A DNA stretch of 64,000 bases, from assembly GCA_026770705.1 (NCBI GenBank), contig JANJGN010000838.1:62001-126000 (forward strand). Reading direction: 5' to 3'. The stretch is from Isurus oxyrinchus. Its lineage: Eukaryota. The position numbers and the translations under genes are program-made. Of this stretch, positions 61,676-64,000 are shown piece by piece (within the stretch, counting starts at the first letter, position 1; each line of letters starts with the position of its first letter). The notes under the pieces are model-generated. The model did no database searches. It was not told the origin of the DNA and was given only the letters and a program-made list of their open reading frames with translations.

Positions 61676-62789
61676 TCTGCCGATGCTGCCAGACCTGCTG
61701 AGTTTTTCCAGGTATTTCTGTTTCTGTTTCTGTTTTGGATTTCCAGCATCTGCAGTTGTTTTGATTTTAGTCCTGGGCAGTTCCTCAGCAAGGATTCAGG
61801 CCACAAAACATTGCGAGTGCTGTGGATCTGCGCCACGATTTAGAGAGCTGTGCTTGGCACGCCTATTCTAGTCCCAGTCCAGTGTGGTGGGGACAGCCTG
61901 GCAGTCCTGGGTTGGTGGTGCCCAGCATGGTGTGCAGGACGTGGTCAGTCCCTCACACACGTCCATCCTGGGGGTGGGTGGCTTGATACTAGGCCGCAGG
62001 TGGCACAATCCCAGTCAGGGGAAGCATTTGCAGCCGGTCAATGGGGAACAGGTAATATAGAGGGTAGGGGTGGGGGTGGGAATCGAGGGGGGCCGGTGGT
62101 CTCTGTAAGTCACAGTACAATGGGCCTCTAGTTGGAGAGAGGTCAGGTCTACATGGGGCATTGGGATGTCAACATCAGACAGTCTAGGGAGGAGGACTGG
62201 GATGTCAACCCCGAACACAATAAGATCAAGGATTAGAGAGGAAGGGAGGAGACTGATTGGAAGGAGGGGAATGTGCACATTATGCTCCTCCAGCACGATG
62301 GGAGGGACTGTGATGGTTACGGGGGTGGGGGGGGTGAAGTGGGAGGGGATAGACGCTTACCTGGTGGTATTGCCTCAGCCTCACCCTTTTTCAAGCTGAT
62401 CCAATGTCGCAGTTGAAGAATAAGCTACAAAACAAATTGGCAGGGGAGGTCTCCCAGGGCCTGTGGGAGACATCACCCACTGCATCTTTGGCCTGTTTGA
62501 AGGGGCACCCGAACAATTCCGGCTTTTCCAAATGATGAGGAAGACACAGCTGCACCCCGAGTCCCCTACTGGGGATCCAGAAGGTTGCAATAGCGCTGCG
62601 AGGGACTCATGGGCTCCACAGTGACTCCCTAATTAGCGACTGGAAGGTTTATGTTCATTTATCTTTATTATCCGTTCATATTGAGCAATGGAGCTCCTGA
62701 TCTGACACCTTTCTGTACCTCGTCCAATGCTTCTGTTATCAGGACTTCCACATCGATGTGAAAGAGCCATGATGATAGCAGACAGTCGC

Positions 62790-62885
62790 ACAATGGGAAT
62801 GGCACTAGGCCAGTGATCCAGAGGCCCAGGTGAATGCTTTGGAGGTACGGGTTCAAATCCCACCACGGCAGCTGGAGGAATTTAG
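62790..62885 (+). mobile_element. tRNA-derived SINE head
   Basis: B-box-like ggttcaaatcc followed by caccacggcagctgg; no full cloverleaf evident. Confidence 0.45.
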
Positions 62886-63169
62886 ATTCGATTAATCAAT
62901 AAATTTAATTGATTGATACATTTTTTTCTTATTCATTTCAGGGATGTTGGTGTCGCTGACTAGGCCAGTATTTGTTGCCCATCCCCATTTGCCTTTGAGA
63001 ACATATGGATATCTGAGTTAGGATCAGGAGTAGGTCACTCAGTCCCTCGAACCTGCTCCGCCATTCAGTAAGATCATGGCTGATCTGATTGTCACCTCAA
63101 CCTCACATTCCTGCCTACCCCCAATGACCTTTCACCCCATTGTTAATCAAGAATCTATCTAGCTCTGTG

Positions 63170-63485
63170 GAAGGGGAGCCAATCAATCGGGCTGCTTTGT
63201 CCTGGATGGTGTCAAGCTTCTTGAGTGTTGTTGGAGCTGCACTCATCCAGGCATGTGGAGAGTATTCCATCACACTCCTGACTTGTGCGTTGTAGATGGT
63301 GGACAGGATTTGGGGAGTCAGGAGGTGAGTTACTGTCTGCAGGGTTCCCAGCCTCTGACCTGCTCTTGCAGCCACAGTGTTTATATGGCTGGTCCAGTTC
63401 AGTTTCTGCTCAATGGTAACTCCCAGGATGTTGATATTGGGGGATTCAGTGATGGTAATGCCATTGAATGCCAAGGGGCGATGGT
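63170..63485 (-). mobile_element. LINE ORF2 fragment
   Basis: NILGVTIEQKLNWTSHI..YNAQVRSVMEYSPHAWMSAAPTTLKKLDTIQDKAARLI. Confidence 0.82.
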
Positions 63486-64000
63486 TATGAATGGTCTGTG
63501 GGATATTCTGGTACAAAATGTCAACACTCGGACTCCAGATGCAATATTCAAGTGGTTCCTTTATTAGGCATGTGGGGAGCAAACGCTGAGCAGTCCAGGC
63601 GCTTCTCCACCGAGGTTCAAATGAGCACAGTTTATATATTTTTTACTCTCAGTTACAAGGTAATGGTATTAGTTAGACAAAGGCCACAGCACAATGACCC
63701 TCCGGTGGGCTGATAATTGTGTTCTTGTACAGTAATTACAGGGCAGAGACTGGCTATTGTCCTTTTGAGACAGCAAAGAATCTATGTTTGTTCGATACAA
63801 AAGGTTTCCGGAGGCTGACTGGATGTGGTTCAAGGCCATCGGACGGTGTGAAATAACCTTCCCCAATTCTTGATTGAGTCACCCTGTGTCCTTGTGTGTG
63901 TGTCTCCCATTTCCTCATTGCAAATTTCCAGCTGAGCCCTTTGTACAGGTTTTTAGCTTTCACGTAAGGATGTGATTGTCTGTGTACGCTTTGTCACCCT

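Noticed and set aside
62790-62885. tRNA gene
   Set aside because: Only a B-box-like motif, no cloverleaf; consistent with a SINE head
61790-64000. Short ORFs near the window end as host genes
   Set aside because: No recognisable domain or exon structure; interspersed with SINE/LINE pieces and probably decayed TE that I cannot classify

Overview
Eukaryotic, intron-containing DNA, most likely from a cartilaginous fish (inferred from the repeat content: CR1/L2 LINEs, Penelope fragments and the 33-bp 'cagtgcagcactccctcagtactgaccctctga' minisatellite). The window holds a tandem, recently duplicated cluster of Siglec-like (CD33-related/CD22/MAG-type) Ig-superfamily receptor genes, all on the + strand. 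I reconstructed the exons by eye from GT/AG sites and intron phase. (A) 3' end of a gene: C2 exon, uncharged TM, short Tyr-free tail (2.1-4.3 kb), followed by two orphan Tyr-motif tail exons (5.1, 6.5 kb). (B) Pseudogene (10.5-13.3 kb). (C) Inhibitory-type gene with two tandem intact V-set exons, a C2 exon, TM and a tail carrying LLYANP and TEYAQI, but no leader exon of its own (23.4-34.3 kb). (D) Complete-looking L-V-C2x4-TM-short-tail gene of about 563 aa (40.4-52.7 kb). (E) Copy with the V exon deleted, followed by an activating-type TM exon with an intramembrane Arg and a short tail (55.5-59.7 kb). The main signal is a paired inhibitory/activating/non-signalling Siglec-like receptor array. 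It has near-identical C2 exons, mosaic and variable V exons and alternative TM/tail modules, apparently built by segmental duplication and unequal recombination. The rest is LINE, LTR, Penelope and tandem repeats, plus two N gaps. Exon models are unverified by transcripts and I ran no database searches, so novelty and orthology are unconfirmed.
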